DNA of 64,000 nucleotides. Source: an uncultured Candidatus Saccharibacteria bacterium. GTDB taxonomy: Bacteria; Patescibacteriota; Saccharimonadia; Saccharimonadales; UBA4665. The notes beneath the pieces were generated by a model that did no database searches, was not told the origin of the DNA, and saw only the letters and a list, made by a program, of their open reading frames with translations. Positions within the stretch are counted from its first letter, which is position 1, and the number at the start of each line of letters is the position of its first letter. The stretch covers positions 311,707 to 375,706 of the forward strand of contig CAVUMM010000008.1 in the NCBI GenBank assembly GCA_963742655.1. Direction: 5' to 3'. Positions 36,056 to 45,374 of the stretch are shown here, in pieces. The position numbers and the translations under genes are program-made.

Positions 36056-37123
36056 TTGTGTATCTTAAGTAGCTTAAGAGGTATGTCGCCTGTTATTATT
36101 CAGGGTATGATCATGCAGCGTTCGGGCTTCCGGCCTTTTAGATTGTCGTTGCTCATTACGATCCTCGGCCTGGCAGGCGTGGGCTTTGGCATGGGCCTGG
36201 ACGCGGCTCTGGTGGCATTAATCCTTATCGCTGTCGAAATAACATTCAGTTTCGATAACGCAATTATCAATGCGAAAGTACTGAACCGGCTTTCGGTGTT
36301 TTGGCATAAACTTTTTCTGACGGTCGGCGTGGTTATCGCCATTTTTGGTATGCGGATATTGTTCCCGATCGTCATAGTCGCGGCGGCAGCGAATCTTAGT
36401 ATTAGCAACGTACTTCATTTGGCACTGCATGATCCGAATCTGTACGCGGAAAAGCTTAACCAGGCGCACGTCAGTATCGCGGCTTTCGGCGGAGCGTTTT
36501 TGTTGACGCTCGCGCTGCAATTTTTTCTGGACGGCAACCGTGAAGAGCTGTGGTTGGAGCGTCTCGAGCGTGCGCTGCATAATCTGTCCAAAGTATGGCT
36601 GGCGCCGCCGCTGGCGTTCATCGCCGTCCTGATAGTTGCATTTCTGCCGGCAAATCAACATCAACACGAAACACTTGTCGCGGGCACATTCGGAGTCGCG
36701 GTCTACAGCGCTATGCAGCTATTGAACTTCGCAGTTAGCCGAGTACAGCGGGCAAGTGAGCGGTCCGATGGGGTTCAGCATGGCGTGGCTGCGTTGATAT
36801 TGTTCATTTATTTGCAGATTCTGGATGCCAGTTTTTCGTTCGACAGTGTCATCGGCGCGTTTGCCATTACGGACAAAATCGTGCTAATCGCAGTCGGCCT
36901 GGGCATCGGGGCGCTGTGGGTACGTTCATTAACCGTGTACATCGTGCAGGAGAAAGTGTTGAGCACCTATAAATATCTCGACCACGGCGCGCATTATGCC
37001 ATTCTGGTGTTGGCCGTCATTCTGTTGATAAGCGTCATCGTCAATGTGCCGGATATGATTGCCGGCGTGATGGGGTTGGCGATTATCGGCGCGTCACTCG
37101 CGGCGTCAAAAAAAGCTGTCTAG
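36056..37123 (+). CDS. TerC-related / DUF475-like integral membrane protein
   Basis: Polytopic membrane protein with duplicated motif EITFSFDNAIINA and LDASFSFDSVIGA; start ambiguous (36083, 36107 or 36113 also possible). Confidence 0.65.
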   Translation: MCILSSLRGMSPVIIQGMIMQRSGFRPFRLSLLITILGLAGVGFGMGLDAALVALILIAVEITFSFDNAIINAKVLNRLSVFWHKLFLTVGVVIAIFGMRILFPIVIVAAAANLSISNVLHLALHDPNLYAEKLNQAHVSIAAFGGAFLLTLALQFFLDGNREELWLERLERALHNLSKVWLAPPLAFIAVLIVAFLPANQHQHETLVAGTFGVAVYSAMQLLNFAVSRVQRASERSDGVQHGVAALILFIYLQILDASFSFDSVIGAFAITDKIVLIAVGLGIGALWVRSLTVYIVQEKVLSTYKYLDHGAHYAILVLAVILLISVIVNVPDMIAGVMGLAIIGASLAASKKAV

Positions 37124-37149
37124 CGCATTTACTTTATATAATAGATGAA

Positions 37150-37956
37150 ATGAACCAACGCTTGAGTATTTTTTGGCACCGTACCCTGAGGCGCCCATAC
37201 CGGCTTAAAATTTCCATCGACCAGGGGCAGGGAACTTCGGTCTTGTTGTTGCATGGGTTGGGGTCATCTGGCTCAACATGGCACCATCTTGCTACTTTAC
37301 TCGAACACGTTCCAGCCCGTTTGATTGCATTTGACTTGCTTGGCTTTGGCGCATCACCAAATCCTTCGTGGTCAGATTATTCGGTTGATGACCATGCCAG
37401 AGCCGTTATCGCTAGCCTTAATAAATCTCATATAAAGCAACCGGTCGTGTTAGTTGGGCATTCCATGGGCTGTCTGGTCGCCGTGCATATCGCACGCCTG
37501 AAGCCCAAACTTGTTAAGAAACTTATTCTATACGAAATGCCGCTGTATGAAGGTTTGCCGGACACCCGCCGTTACCGCTGGCAGCGTGATTTGTACTACA
37601 AGATGTACGCGCGTGTGTTGCGGCATCCAAACTATAGCACCGCCAATGCACGTGTCATTCAAAAGATTGCGGCCCAGTTGGCGGGGTTTGCCATTACGCC
37701 GGAAACCTGGCACCCGTTCGTACGCAGCCTGGAAAATACTATCATGAAGCAGACGACGTTGGTGGATCTTAAGCGTTTGAACGTGCCAACCGAAATTATT
37801 TACGGGTCACTAGATGTGGTCGTAATCCGTGGTAAGCCAAAACAGATTTTCGGCGACCAGACCCCGCATATAAAAACTCATATCATTACCGACACGCACG
37901 GAGTGTCGCCGCGAGCCAGCAAATATCTGGCAAAACGAATCCAACAGGGGCTTTAA
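37150..37956 (+). CDS. alpha/beta hydrolase
   Basis: LLLHGLGSS, nucleophile elbow GHSMG, C-terminal His in DTHGV. Confidence 0.8.
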   Translation: MNQRLSIFWHRTLRRPYRLKISIDQGQGTSVLLLHGLGSSGSTWHHLATLLEHVPARLIAFDLLGFGASPNPSWSDYSVDDHARAVIASLNKSHIKQPVVLVGHSMGCLVAVHIARLKPKLVKKLILYEMPLYEGLPDTRRYRWQRDLYYKMYARVLRHPNYSTANARVIQKIAAQLAGFAITPETWHPFVRSLENTIMKQTTLVDLKRLNVPTEIIYGSLDVVVIRGKPKQIFGDQTPHIKTHIITDTHGVSPRASKYLAKRIQQGL

Positions 37957-37985
37957 GAGCAAATAGTACAAATAAGGGCATGCAT

Positions 37986-38909
37986 CTAAATTTGTCCGGC
38001 TTCGGCCATCGAATTCACGACGCCACTCCAAAACATTTTTGCATGGCCTTGCGTCATGAGCAGCGGGCAGCCAATTCGTGGACCGGGCATTTCTGCGGGA
38101 ACTGCACCGATTGTCCCGAACGTTTCATCCGGAAAATCTTCAACCCGGTGTAATAGTCTGATTTTGCCATTGTCGAGCGTCCTATAAATATCTGTTCTAA
38201 TGTCGCCGGCACGTATCGTAAAAGTATGACGATGGCCAGCGTACCCTTCACCTAAATAACCACCGGCAAACATTTCTAGCATACTAAGCTCTAATCCGGA
38301 GACACTAATTATCGGATTTGTGCTGTCGGAAATGTTGGCAACCTTTTCGCGTCCTGTAAATCCCCCTGCCTCAGCATGTCTGTTCATGCCTAATGCTAAA
38401 CGAATGCTTTGCGTGGCGGCATTTTGAGCGTCACCCCTTAATCCATCCATGAAGCCTTGCTGAATTCCCATAGAGTGCATGCGTACAGCCCACAGTCCAA
38501 GCAAAGTGTTAATATTTCGATCTTGAACGTTTTCGACAGGCCCGATTATCCTAAGCATGCTGTCCCACAATGTATCAGACCATGTTGCTTGCAGATCATG
38601 CCATGTACTTCTATCTCTAGCTGTGGCTTCGCGAGGTTGATTATTCCTATAACGTACTAGTCTCGGCACCCCATTACTCATGGGCTCGTCGAATGTTGCT
38701 TCGATAACGCGTGCTACAAATTTCCCAAAGTGACCATACAATTCAGATTTTTGAGAAGCTGCAAGCTCCACTACAGATCTGGATCGAGGCGGTGCAGCTA
38801 AAGCTTGCTGCATCCAAAGAACATCGGGTTGGCGTCCCAAAAAAGCAGCGGGTACGCTGCTGATTTGCACGGCTTCACGGCGTGCAATCGAACTTTGTGG
38901 ACGTGACAT
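37986..38909 (-). CDS. hypothetical protein, no recognisable domain
   Basis: ORF 37986-38972 in the track; ATG 38909 (MSRPQSS...) preferred; no TM or signal. Confidence 0.55.
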   Translation of the reverse strand: MSRPQSSIARREAVQISSVPAAFLGRQPDVLWMQQALAAPPRSRSVVELAASQKSELYGHFGKFVARVIEATFDEPMSNGVPRLVRYRNNQPREATARDRSTWHDLQATWSDTLWDSMLRIIGPVENVQDRNINTLLGLWAVRMHSMGIQQGFMDGLRGDAQNAATQSIRLALGMNRHAEAGGFTGREKVANISDSTNPIISVSGLELSMLEMFAGGYLGEGYAGHRHTFTIRAGDIRTDIYRTLDNGKIRLLHRVEDFPDETFGTIGAVPAEMPGPRIGCPLLMTQGHAKMFWSGVVNSMAEAGQI

Positions 38910-38986
38910 TATTGATATTATAAAACAAAAATGCACATAAGCTTTAAAATTTACTATGTGGATTAACGGCATATGCCCAAAAATAC

Positions 38987-39081
38987 TTGCAAATTAATTT
39001 GCGCAAGCATAAGCTATTAGTGGGAAGTGTGAGGCTTCCTGATGACCCAGGTCTCAAACCCTGGGTCTTTAGGTTTCTTGG
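38987..39081 (+). promoter_or_regulatory. candidate promoter, operator palindrome and terminator-like leader hairpin upstream of the L,D-transpeptidase gene
   Basis: TTGCAA (38987-38992), 17-nt spacer, TAAGCT (39010-39015). Perfect 14-bp palindrome GCAAATTAATTTGC (38989-39002). Hairpin GGAAG/CUUCC (39023-39039). 8-bp stem GACCCAGG/CCUGGGUC (39044-39067) followed by UUUAGGUUUCUU. Confidence 0.35.
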
Positions 39082-39150
39082 AATCGTATAAATCGTCCTG
39101 AAAGAGCAGCCTAGCGGCGAATCACTGATTTTCGGTATACTACTCATACT

Positions 39151-39864
39151 ATGCGACTAAAACGACAACCAGCCCGCCGGATATACGTGCATCACGCGCA
39201 TTACGCATCGGCGGCCAAGCCGACCGGCCAGAGAACCCGACGTTGGCTTGATAAAAAACTGCTGGTTGCTGCAATATTGGTCGTGATAGTCTTGGGTGGC
39301 ATTGCTTTTATCAAACTAACACGTGCGTCATCGCCGGCTTCTGACAAAACAATAGGCACTACGGCAGCGAAATCAGAATCAAATCAATCAGCCTCGAATC
39401 CCGCCCCAGTGCCGAAAAAAACCGCGTCAGCCGTAAATTATTGCCAAGCTAACACATTGCAGAATCTTATCGTCGTAAGTATTGGCAAACGCCACCTGTG
39501 GGCCTGCCAAACCACCAGAACGGTCTACGATTCCGCGGTTGTGACCGGCATGGAAAATTTGCCGGCCGATCTGACACCCACCGGCACGTATCATATATAT
39601 AGCAAGCAGACGAAGCTTTACTTGAATGGCTCGGACAGCACGGGCAGCTGGCACGATTATGTGTATTACTGGATGCCGTTTCTAAGCAATCAATACGGCG
39701 TGTACGGCTTTCACGATGCGACCTGGCGCAAACCCGGAGACTTTGGCAATATCAGCCCGTACACGTCAAACGCCTCGCATGGTTGTGTCGAAACGCCGCT
39801 GGCCACGGCTAAATGGTTATACAATTGGGCGCCGGTCGGCACTGCGGTGTCAATACAGAGTTAA
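39151..39864 (+). CDS. L,D-transpeptidase (YkuD domain), membrane-anchored
   Basis: N-terminal TM; GTYHIYSK..., YGFHDATWR, catalytic SHGCVE motif. Confidence 0.85.
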   Translation: MRLKRQPARRIYVHHAHYASAAKPTGQRTRRWLDKKLLVAAILVVIVLGGIAFIKLTRASSPASDKTIGTTAAKSESNQSASNPAPVPKKTASAVNYCQANTLQNLIVVSIGKRHLWACQTTRTVYDSAVVTGMENLPADLTPTGTYHIYSKQTKLYLNGSDSTGSWHDYVYYWMPFLSNQYGVYGFHDATWRKPGDFGNISPYTSNASHGCVETPLATAKWLYNWAPVGTAVSIQS

Positions 39865-39891
39865 GCGTTAGAATCTGATACACTGATACTT

Positions 39892-40974
39892 ATGATTTTT
39901 GCGGTGATTTTTTTGGTGCTTGTTGTGTTGCTGTTGGTTGCTTTTATTATTTGGCTGAACCATCAGGCGCCAAAGCAGGATACTGGTTCAGCTTTGCTTC
40001 TCAAAGAAGACCTGACGAAAATCAGCGATGACATCACTAAACTTAAAGATGGACTGAACACGCAGATCACCGAGCGCATGGACAAAAATCAGGAACTGAT
40101 GCGCGAAAGTATCATGAAGCAGTTCACGGCCAGCAGCCGGCTTATCACCGAGGTGACAGAACGGCTGACCAAACTCGACGAAACCAACAAACGGGTGGTA
40201 AACGTCGCCGACGAGCTGAAAGTCCTGCAAAACGTCCTGCAAAACCCCAAACAACGCGGCGTGCTTGGTGAATATTACTTAAGCCAGGTGCTGGAGAACG
40301 TATTGCCGCCGGACCGGTTCAAACTGCAGTACAAATTCCGGAACGGCGAGATCGCCGACGCGGTGATAGTGCTGGAAAAAGGTAAATTATTGCCGGTGGA
40401 TTCCAAATTCAGCCTCGAGAATTACAATCGCCTTCTGGAGGCCACAGACAAACTGGCGCGCGAAGAACTGGCCAAGGACTTCAAAAACGATCTGAAAAAA
40501 CGCATCGACGAAACAGCCAAATATATCCGGCCGAGTGAAAGCACGATGGACTACGCTTTCATGTTCATTCCTTCCGAGGCGATTTATTACGATTTGCTGG
40601 TAAACAAAGTCGGTTTGACCAATACGAGTGCGCGTGATCTGATCGAATACGCGTTCCGCGAAAAAAATGTGATTATCGTAAGCCCCACGACGTTCATGGC
40701 GTACTTGCAAACGGTTTTGCAAGGTTTGCGCGGCCTGCAAATCGAAGAACAAGCTAAGGAAATCCAGCAGAGAGTCGGCGAACTCGGCCGGCACATCGTG
40801 ACGTACGAAGGTTTGATGCAAAAACTCGGCGGAAGCTTAGGCACGACAGTAAATCATTTCAATAATGCCCATAAAGAACTGAAAAAAGTCGACAAAGACG
40901 TGGTTCGCATAGCAAGCAAAGCGGCCAACGTCGAACCGATAGCATTAGATAAGCCAAGTCTTGATGAAAGCTAA
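39892..40974 (+). CDS. rmuC: DNA recombination protein RmuC
   Basis: N-terminal TM, coiled coil, NPKQRGVLGEYYL, LPVDSKFSLENY, MFIPSEAIY. Confidence 0.9.
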   Translation: MIFAVIFLVLVVLLLVAFIIWLNHQAPKQDTGSALLLKEDLTKISDDITKLKDGLNTQITERMDKNQELMRESIMKQFTASSRLITEVTERLTKLDETNKRVVNVADELKVLQNVLQNPKQRGVLGEYYLSQVLENVLPPDRFKLQYKFRNGEIADAVIVLEKGKLLPVDSKFSLENYNRLLEATDKLAREELAKDFKNDLKKRIDETAKYIRPSESTMDYAFMFIPSEAIYYDLLVNKVGLTNTSARDLIEYAFREKNVIIVSPTTFMAYLQTVLQGLRGLQIEEQAKEIQQRVGELGRHIVTYEGLMQKLGGSLGTTVNHFNNAHKELKKVDKDVVRIASKAANVEPIALDKPSLDES

Positions 40975-40981
40975 TTCAGGA

Positions 40982-42301
40982 TTATTTTTTGAGTAAATCA
41001 ATCGCCAGCGCGGCGGTCCATGAGAAATTGCGTGCGCCGAGCGGGTCACCCGTTTCGGGGTTGTAGTATTCGCTGAAGCCGTGTTGTGTGACGAGCTCGA
41101 GCGAGCCTTCGACCAGCGCGGCGGCGTGGTCTTTGAATCCGTAGCGTTTAAGCCCATCGGCGATCAGCCAGTTCATATTGAACCACACCGGGCCCTGCCA
41201 ATAGCGGTTGGCGTCGAACCATGGCGAATTAAGCGGGGCGCTGGGAATCGGATAGGCTGGTCCGAAAACATGTTCATTTTCGATACTTTTGACGAGCAGT
41301 GCAGCCCGTTCTTGGCTGATGCTGCCGGCATACAGCGGCATCAGTGATTCGATGCTTGACTCTTTAAGCAGCCGGTGCGTGACAAAATCGCGTGCGTAAT
41401 ATTGTTCAGTGTATGGATCCCATAATTCCTCAAGCGTCTTGGGCGTGAGATTGATGTTGTCGAGTAATTCTTCGGGAATCTCTATACGCAAAGTTTTGGC
41501 GATGTGCTGCAAGTGTTCATTCGCGCGGATCAGGATGCAGTTGTACGCCAAATCTTCGATCGCAAATAGCGAATGATCCAAGATTTTGTTGATATTATAA
41601 GCCTTGCGACGCAACCGACGTTGCACGTCATAAAGAGCGAGCGCTTCGATATTCGTCGGACGCTGCTCGGCCGGCACGAAGCGCGTATCCCGACGCAATC
41701 GGCCGACTATAAATTCCATGTGGCTGGCTCGTACCAGTCGGATCCACCACGGCAGCAAATGATCGTTGAGCTCGCCGATCCATGGCGGAGTATTATCGAG
41801 TCCGGTTTCCCACGGGTGAATTTGCAGCACCAATCCTTCGTGGTGCGGGTCGCGTTCAGCGTACAGCCATTCGTGATAGGCCAGCAGGTTGGGCCACACT
41901 TGACGATACCAACTTCGTTTTTCGTGTAAAGGCAGTTTTTCGCCGATACGCACGATGGCTTCGGCCAGCATTGGCGGCTGCGAGATGCCGCTGGTCGAAA
42001 CATCATCCGGCGAATACGGGCTGATCCAGCTATCCCAAACGCCGTGGTACATCCGCTGCTTTTTGCCAGGAGTAAAGATGATATGCGGCAGCATTCCGTT
42101 TGTCCACTGGCCGCGCAGCAAGCTTAATATTTCAATTTTCGCCCGCTCAATATCAAGATGACGCAGCCCGATTGCAATAAAACAGCTGTCCCACAACCAT
42201 TGATGCGGGTATAGCCCGTGTGCTGGGATAGTGAATAGGCCGCGGTCGTTATCTTGAAGTACGGCTTTGGCCTGCTCGACCAGCTCAGACGAATCGCTCA
42301 T
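40982..42301 (-). CDS. six-hairpin glycoside hydrolase, GH63-like (glucosyl/mannosylglycerate hydrolase type)
   Basis: LWDSCFIAIGL, SQPPMLA, HPWETGLDNTPPW, GPVWFNMNWLIADGL, FSEYYNPETGDPLGARNFSWTAAL. Confidence 0.7.
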   Translation of the reverse strand: MSDSSELVEQAKAVLQDNDRGLFTIPAHGLYPHQWLWDSCFIAIGLRHLDIERAKIEILSLLRGQWTNGMLPHIIFTPGKKQRMYHGVWDSWISPYSPDDVSTSGISQPPMLAEAIVRIGEKLPLHEKRSWYRQVWPNLLAYHEWLYAERDPHHEGLVLQIHPWETGLDNTPPWIGELNDHLLPWWIRLVRASHMEFIVGRLRRDTRFVPAEQRPTNIEALALYDVQRRLRRKAYNINKILDHSLFAIEDLAYNCILIRANEHLQHIAKTLRIEIPEELLDNINLTPKTLEELWDPYTEQYYARDFVTHRLLKESSIESLMPLYAGSISQERAALLVKSIENEHVFGPAYPIPSAPLNSPWFDANRYWQGPVWFNMNWLIADGLKRYGFKDHAAALVEGSLELVTQHGFSEYYNPETGDPLGARNFSWTAALAIDLLKK

Positions 42302-42359
42302 GCTTGTAAGTATAACGCAAATTCGCCGTTCTTTTTCAATAAGTCCGACGCCCTAAACG

Positions 42360-42902
42360 TTAATTGATGATGTAATCCCAGCCCGGCTTCCAATTCTTCG
42401 TATTACGCCAATCTTCGGCAATAGCTTGCGGCCATGTTTTGCCTTTCAGAATAACGTCAAGTGCGAGTTGCGGCGCTTCATGAGCGACTATAGCTATGTG
42501 TTTATCTGGATAATTTTTATACAAAATTTCGCAAAAAGATTCCATGCGTTTTTGGACATCGACATATGATTCACCATTAGGAAACGGTTCATGAATGCAA
42601 GTCACCATCATTTGGTCTTTGACAGACTTCAGGCCGCCGTTAATATCGCCATAATTTGCTTCGCGAAGCCGATTGTCTTGAATCACTTTTACACCATTGC
42701 CAAATATGAGCTTCGCTGATGTAATCGCGCGCGTCAGGTCCGAGCAAAAAATCGCGTCAAAGCTACGGTCTTTAAGGAGCTTCCCAAGCTCAATGCTCTG
42801 CTTGCGTCCAAGCTCCGACAATTCGCCGGGTAGCCAGCCGGTCGCTAAATCTCGCTCGTTATCTGTTGTCGTACCATGAACGAAGTAAGTAATTGAGACC
42901 AT
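42360..42902 (-). CDS. histidine phosphatase family protein (phosphoglycerate mutase-like)
   Basis: ATG 42902. ITYFVHGTTTDNE (VHG where RHG is usual), FCSDLTRA, EANYGD, VAHEAP. Confidence 0.7.
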   Translation of the reverse strand: MVSITYFVHGTTTDNERDLATGWLPGELSELGRKQSIELGKLLKDRSFDAIFCSDLTRAITSAKLIFGNGVKVIQDNRLREANYGDINGGLKSVKDQMMVTCIHEPFPNGESYVDVQKRMESFCEILYKNYPDKHIAIVAHEAPQLALDVILKGKTWPQAIAEDWRNTKNWKPGWDYIIN

Positions 42903-42903
42903 A

Positions 42904-43401
42904 TCAACGGTAGTTTTTAAAATCCAGCGGATAATCAAAATCCTGGCTTTTCAAAAACTGAATCACGCTTTGTAAGTCGTCTTTGCTGCCGCTCATGACT
43001 CGTACGGCATCACCTTGGATTTGAGTCTTAATTTTTGGAAATTCGTCTCGTAAGAGCTTGATGATTTGCTTGGCTTTGTCTTGATCTATTCCTTGCTTAA
43101 AAGGAACCTCTTTTGTAACTTTTAAATTGCTAGCTACTAGCTCCTTGCTACTATCTACTATTTTTTGGCTTTGTCCCCGAGCTGCTAACTTCTTGCGGAC
43201 AATGTCCAGGATGGCATCGACCTGCCAGTCGCTATTGCCGGTAATCTTTAGTCCTGTTTTGTCCGGATTCAGCCACTCAACAGCGGCCGGCGTACCTTTG
43301 AAATCATAACGATTAGCAAGTTCGCGCTCCGTCTGATCGAACACATTGTTCATTTCCGCCCGGTCATATTCACTGACAATATCGAAAGAAAAATTCGCCA
43401 T
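42904..43401 (-). CDS. yajQ: YajQ family nucleotide-binding protein
   Basis: ATG 43401; MANFSFDIVSEYDRAEMNNVFDQTERELANRYDFKG is the typical YajQ N-terminus. Confidence 0.85.
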   Translation of the reverse strand: MANFSFDIVSEYDRAEMNNVFDQTERELANRYDFKGTPAAVEWLNPDKTGLKITGNSDWQVDAILDIVRKKLAARGQSQKIVDSSKELVASNLKVTKEVPFKQGIDQDKAKQIIKLLRDEFPKIKTQIQGDAVRVMSGSKDDLQSVIQFLKSQDFDYPLDFKNYR

Positions 43402-43502
43402 AAATATATTGTAACGCAATGAGGCGTATCAATGTGTCTAGTATCGCGGATGATAGTCATTTTTTACAAAGAGTAAGCATTTATGGTTAAATAGAAAGTA
43501 TC

Positions 43503-43838
43503 ATGGCGGGGTTTGGAGGTGGCGAGTCTTTCGCGTTCGGTAGTAGGGTGTTCGCCCAGGTGGAGGTATTGGCGATCGATGGCCTATGGAGACCGATCCC
43601 GGATTTCGGATTCTATGGCACGGTTGTCGGAGGGCCGTTGCAGCAGTATCGCACCGGCCCCGGTGTCAATGTATTGCCAGACGAAGCTCCTTCTCGTAAA
43701 AATTACGCGCCAATCGCCCCCAGCTATATAACAGGGGATACTTTTGAAAACGTAAACTCAGGTGACGCGACGGTATTATGTAGATTCGTACTCAAGAGAT
43801 TGATAGAGGACGACTATTCCGCGGTTGAAGGCTGGTGA
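43503..43838 (+). CDS. possible small hypothetical protein (111 aa)
   Basis: ORF with a coding-like codon pattern (G-rich first positions) but a weak RBS and no homology recognised. Confidence 0.3.
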   Translation: MAGFGGGESFAFGSRVFAQVEVLAIDGLWRPIPDFGFYGTVVGGPLQQYRTGPGVNVLPDEAPSRKNYAPIAPSYITGDTFENVNSGDATVLCRFVLKRLIEDDYSAVEGW

Positions 43839-43902
43839 GCACATAAAATGCGCAATAATGATTTCGTGAGCTTCAAATCTGGCCTGAACAGGTTGCTATA
43901 CT

Positions 43903-44952
43903 ATGAGGACAAGTATGAATTATTCCAATCCACGCGTGGCTGAGGTTGCGGAATTGTTGAAAACCCGGTTTGCGCAGCTCGAAAACAAATCCGACATATT
44001 GAAAGCGGTTGAGCTTAAGGCGCTCTATGCGGAAATTCCAACTTTGCCAGCGGAGCAACGTGCAGGATTTGGGCAGGAGATCAATGCATTACGGGCCGAA
44101 ATAGAGCAGATGGTAGCGGCGCAAACGAATCAAGCCCAAGCTTTGCTGCCGATTGACGTAACAGCGCCGTTTGATATCAATGTGCCAGCTGACGAACGGC
44201 CGAAACTACTATCAAGCGAGTTTGGCAGCAAACATCCGCTGACGACAGAAATCGAAACTATTTCGGACATTTTTTACCGTATGGGTTTTGCGATTGAATC
44301 CTCGCGAGAAATTGACGATGGATACCATATGTTCGACAGCCTGAATTTCCCTAAAGATCATCCGGCACGCGACGATTACGATACATTTATGACGACCGAA
44401 GGTTTGATCGCACCGGCTCACACCAGCACGATGCAAAATCGTATGTTGAGGAAATATAAATCGAATCTTGATAATGGCCGGCCGATAGCCGTGCTCGTAC
44501 CGGACAGGGTTTTTCGCAATGAAGACTTGGACGCCCGTCACGAGCACACGTTTTACCAGCACGAAGGCATCTACGTCGACCGCGGTATGCACGCCGGTAA
44601 TCTGATGGCGACGCTCAAGACATTCTTAAGCGCGTATTACCAAAAAGAACTTGATGTCAAAACGCAGCCGTTTTACTTTCCGTTTACCGAACCAAGCTTC
44701 GAGTTCGCCATGTCGTGTCCGTTCTGCGATAAAAAAGGCTGCCACATCTGCAGCCAGACCGGTTGGATCGAATTGCTGGGCTGCGGCATGATTCATCCGA
44801 ACGTATTGAAAATGGCCGGCATCGACCCAAAAGAATACACCGGATTTGCCTGGGGCGGCGGCGTGGAACGCCTGGTGATGATGAAATACGGTATCGAGGA
44901 CATCCGCCATTTCGAATCTGCCAGCTTAAGCTTCCTGAGGCAGTTCGCATGA
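43903..44952 (+). CDS. pheS: phenylalanine--tRNA ligase alpha subunit
   Basis: HPLT, FPKDHPARD, RNEDLDARHEHTFYQHEG, GFAWGGGVERL class II motifs; GAGGA RBS. Confidence 0.95.
   Translation: MRTSMNYSNPRVAEVAELLKTRFAQLENKSDILKAVELKALYAEIPTLPAEQRAGFGQEINALRAEIEQMVAAQTNQAQALLPIDVTAPFDINVPADERPKLLSSEFGSKHPLTTEIETISDIFYRMGFAIESSREIDDGYHMFDSLNFPKDHPARDDYDTFMTTEGLIAPAHTSTMQNRMLRKYKSNLDNGRPIAVLVPDRVFRNEDLDARHEHTFYQHEGIYVDRGMHAGNLMATLKTFLSAYYQKELDVKTQPFYFPFTEPSFEFAMSCPFCDKKGCHICSQTGWIELLGCGMIHPNVLKMAGIDPKEYTGFAWGGGVERLVMMKYGIEDIRHFESASLSFLRQFA
44935..44952 (+). repeat. 18-nt junction repeat, copy A (CTGAGGCAGTTCGCATGA)
   Basis: 17 of 18 nt identical to 45357-45374; includes the pheS stop and the overlapping ATG of the next gene. 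Confidence 0.9.
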
Positions 44953-45374
44953 TTTCTACGCAACAAAAAATCTTGGATTTCTTGAATCAGCACGACGACT
45001 GCGTGATGGCAACGACCAATGAGCAAGGGCAGGCCGAAGCGGCGGTTGTCGGCTATTCCGCGAATTCTCAACTGGAGCTAACGGTTGGCACATCCAAAAA
45101 AACCAGAAAATATCAGAACATTTTGCATGAGCCGCATGTCGCAATCGTTGTTGGTTTTAATGGTGAGATAACTGTCCAATATGAAGGCTTTGCCCGCGAA
45201 CTTGGCGGCGAGGAACTTCGTGAACGTCAGAGGCTTCACTTCGAAAAAATCCCCAGCGTCGAACATTTTAAAAACGACCCGGACCAAGTCTATTTCTCAA
45301 TCAGCCCGACGTGGGTTCGCTACACCGATTACACGCAAGAACCGGCCACCGAAGAACTGAGGCAGTTCGTATGA
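44949..45374 (+). CDS. pyridoxamine 5'-phosphate oxidase-like FMN-binding protein
   Basis: ATGA overlap with the pheS stop; 141 aa; LDFLNQHDDCVMATTNEQGQAEAAVVGY... fits the split-barrel general stress protein 26-like pattern. Confidence 0.7.
   Translation: MISTQQKILDFLNQHDDCVMATTNEQGQAEAAVVGYSANSQLELTVGTSKKTRKYQNILHEPHVAIVVGFNGEITVQYEGFARELGGEELRERQRLHFEKIPSVEHFKNDPDQVYFSISPTWVRYTDYTQEPATEELRQFV
45357..45374 (+). repeat. 18-nt junction repeat, copy B (CTGAGGCAGTTCGTATGA)
   Basis: Counterpart of 44935-44952, 422 nt downstream, again spanning a stop/start ATGA overlap. Confidence 0.9.

Noticed and set aside
39085-39125. SRP (4.5S) RNA-like string GUCCUGAAAGAGCAGCCUAGCGGCGA
   Set aside because: It has a superficial likeness to the GGAA-tetraloop/AGCAGCC region of SRP RNA helix 8. 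However, I could not build the required helix or the 5'/3' closing stem, and the GNRA loop closure does not pair.
43490-43900. Possible T-box leader, tmRNA or RNase P RNA upstream of pheS
   Set aside because: There is no T-box consensus (GGGUGGUACCGCG-like). There is no tRNA-like 3' end or tag reading frame ending in a stop. No RNase P conserved regions were visible.
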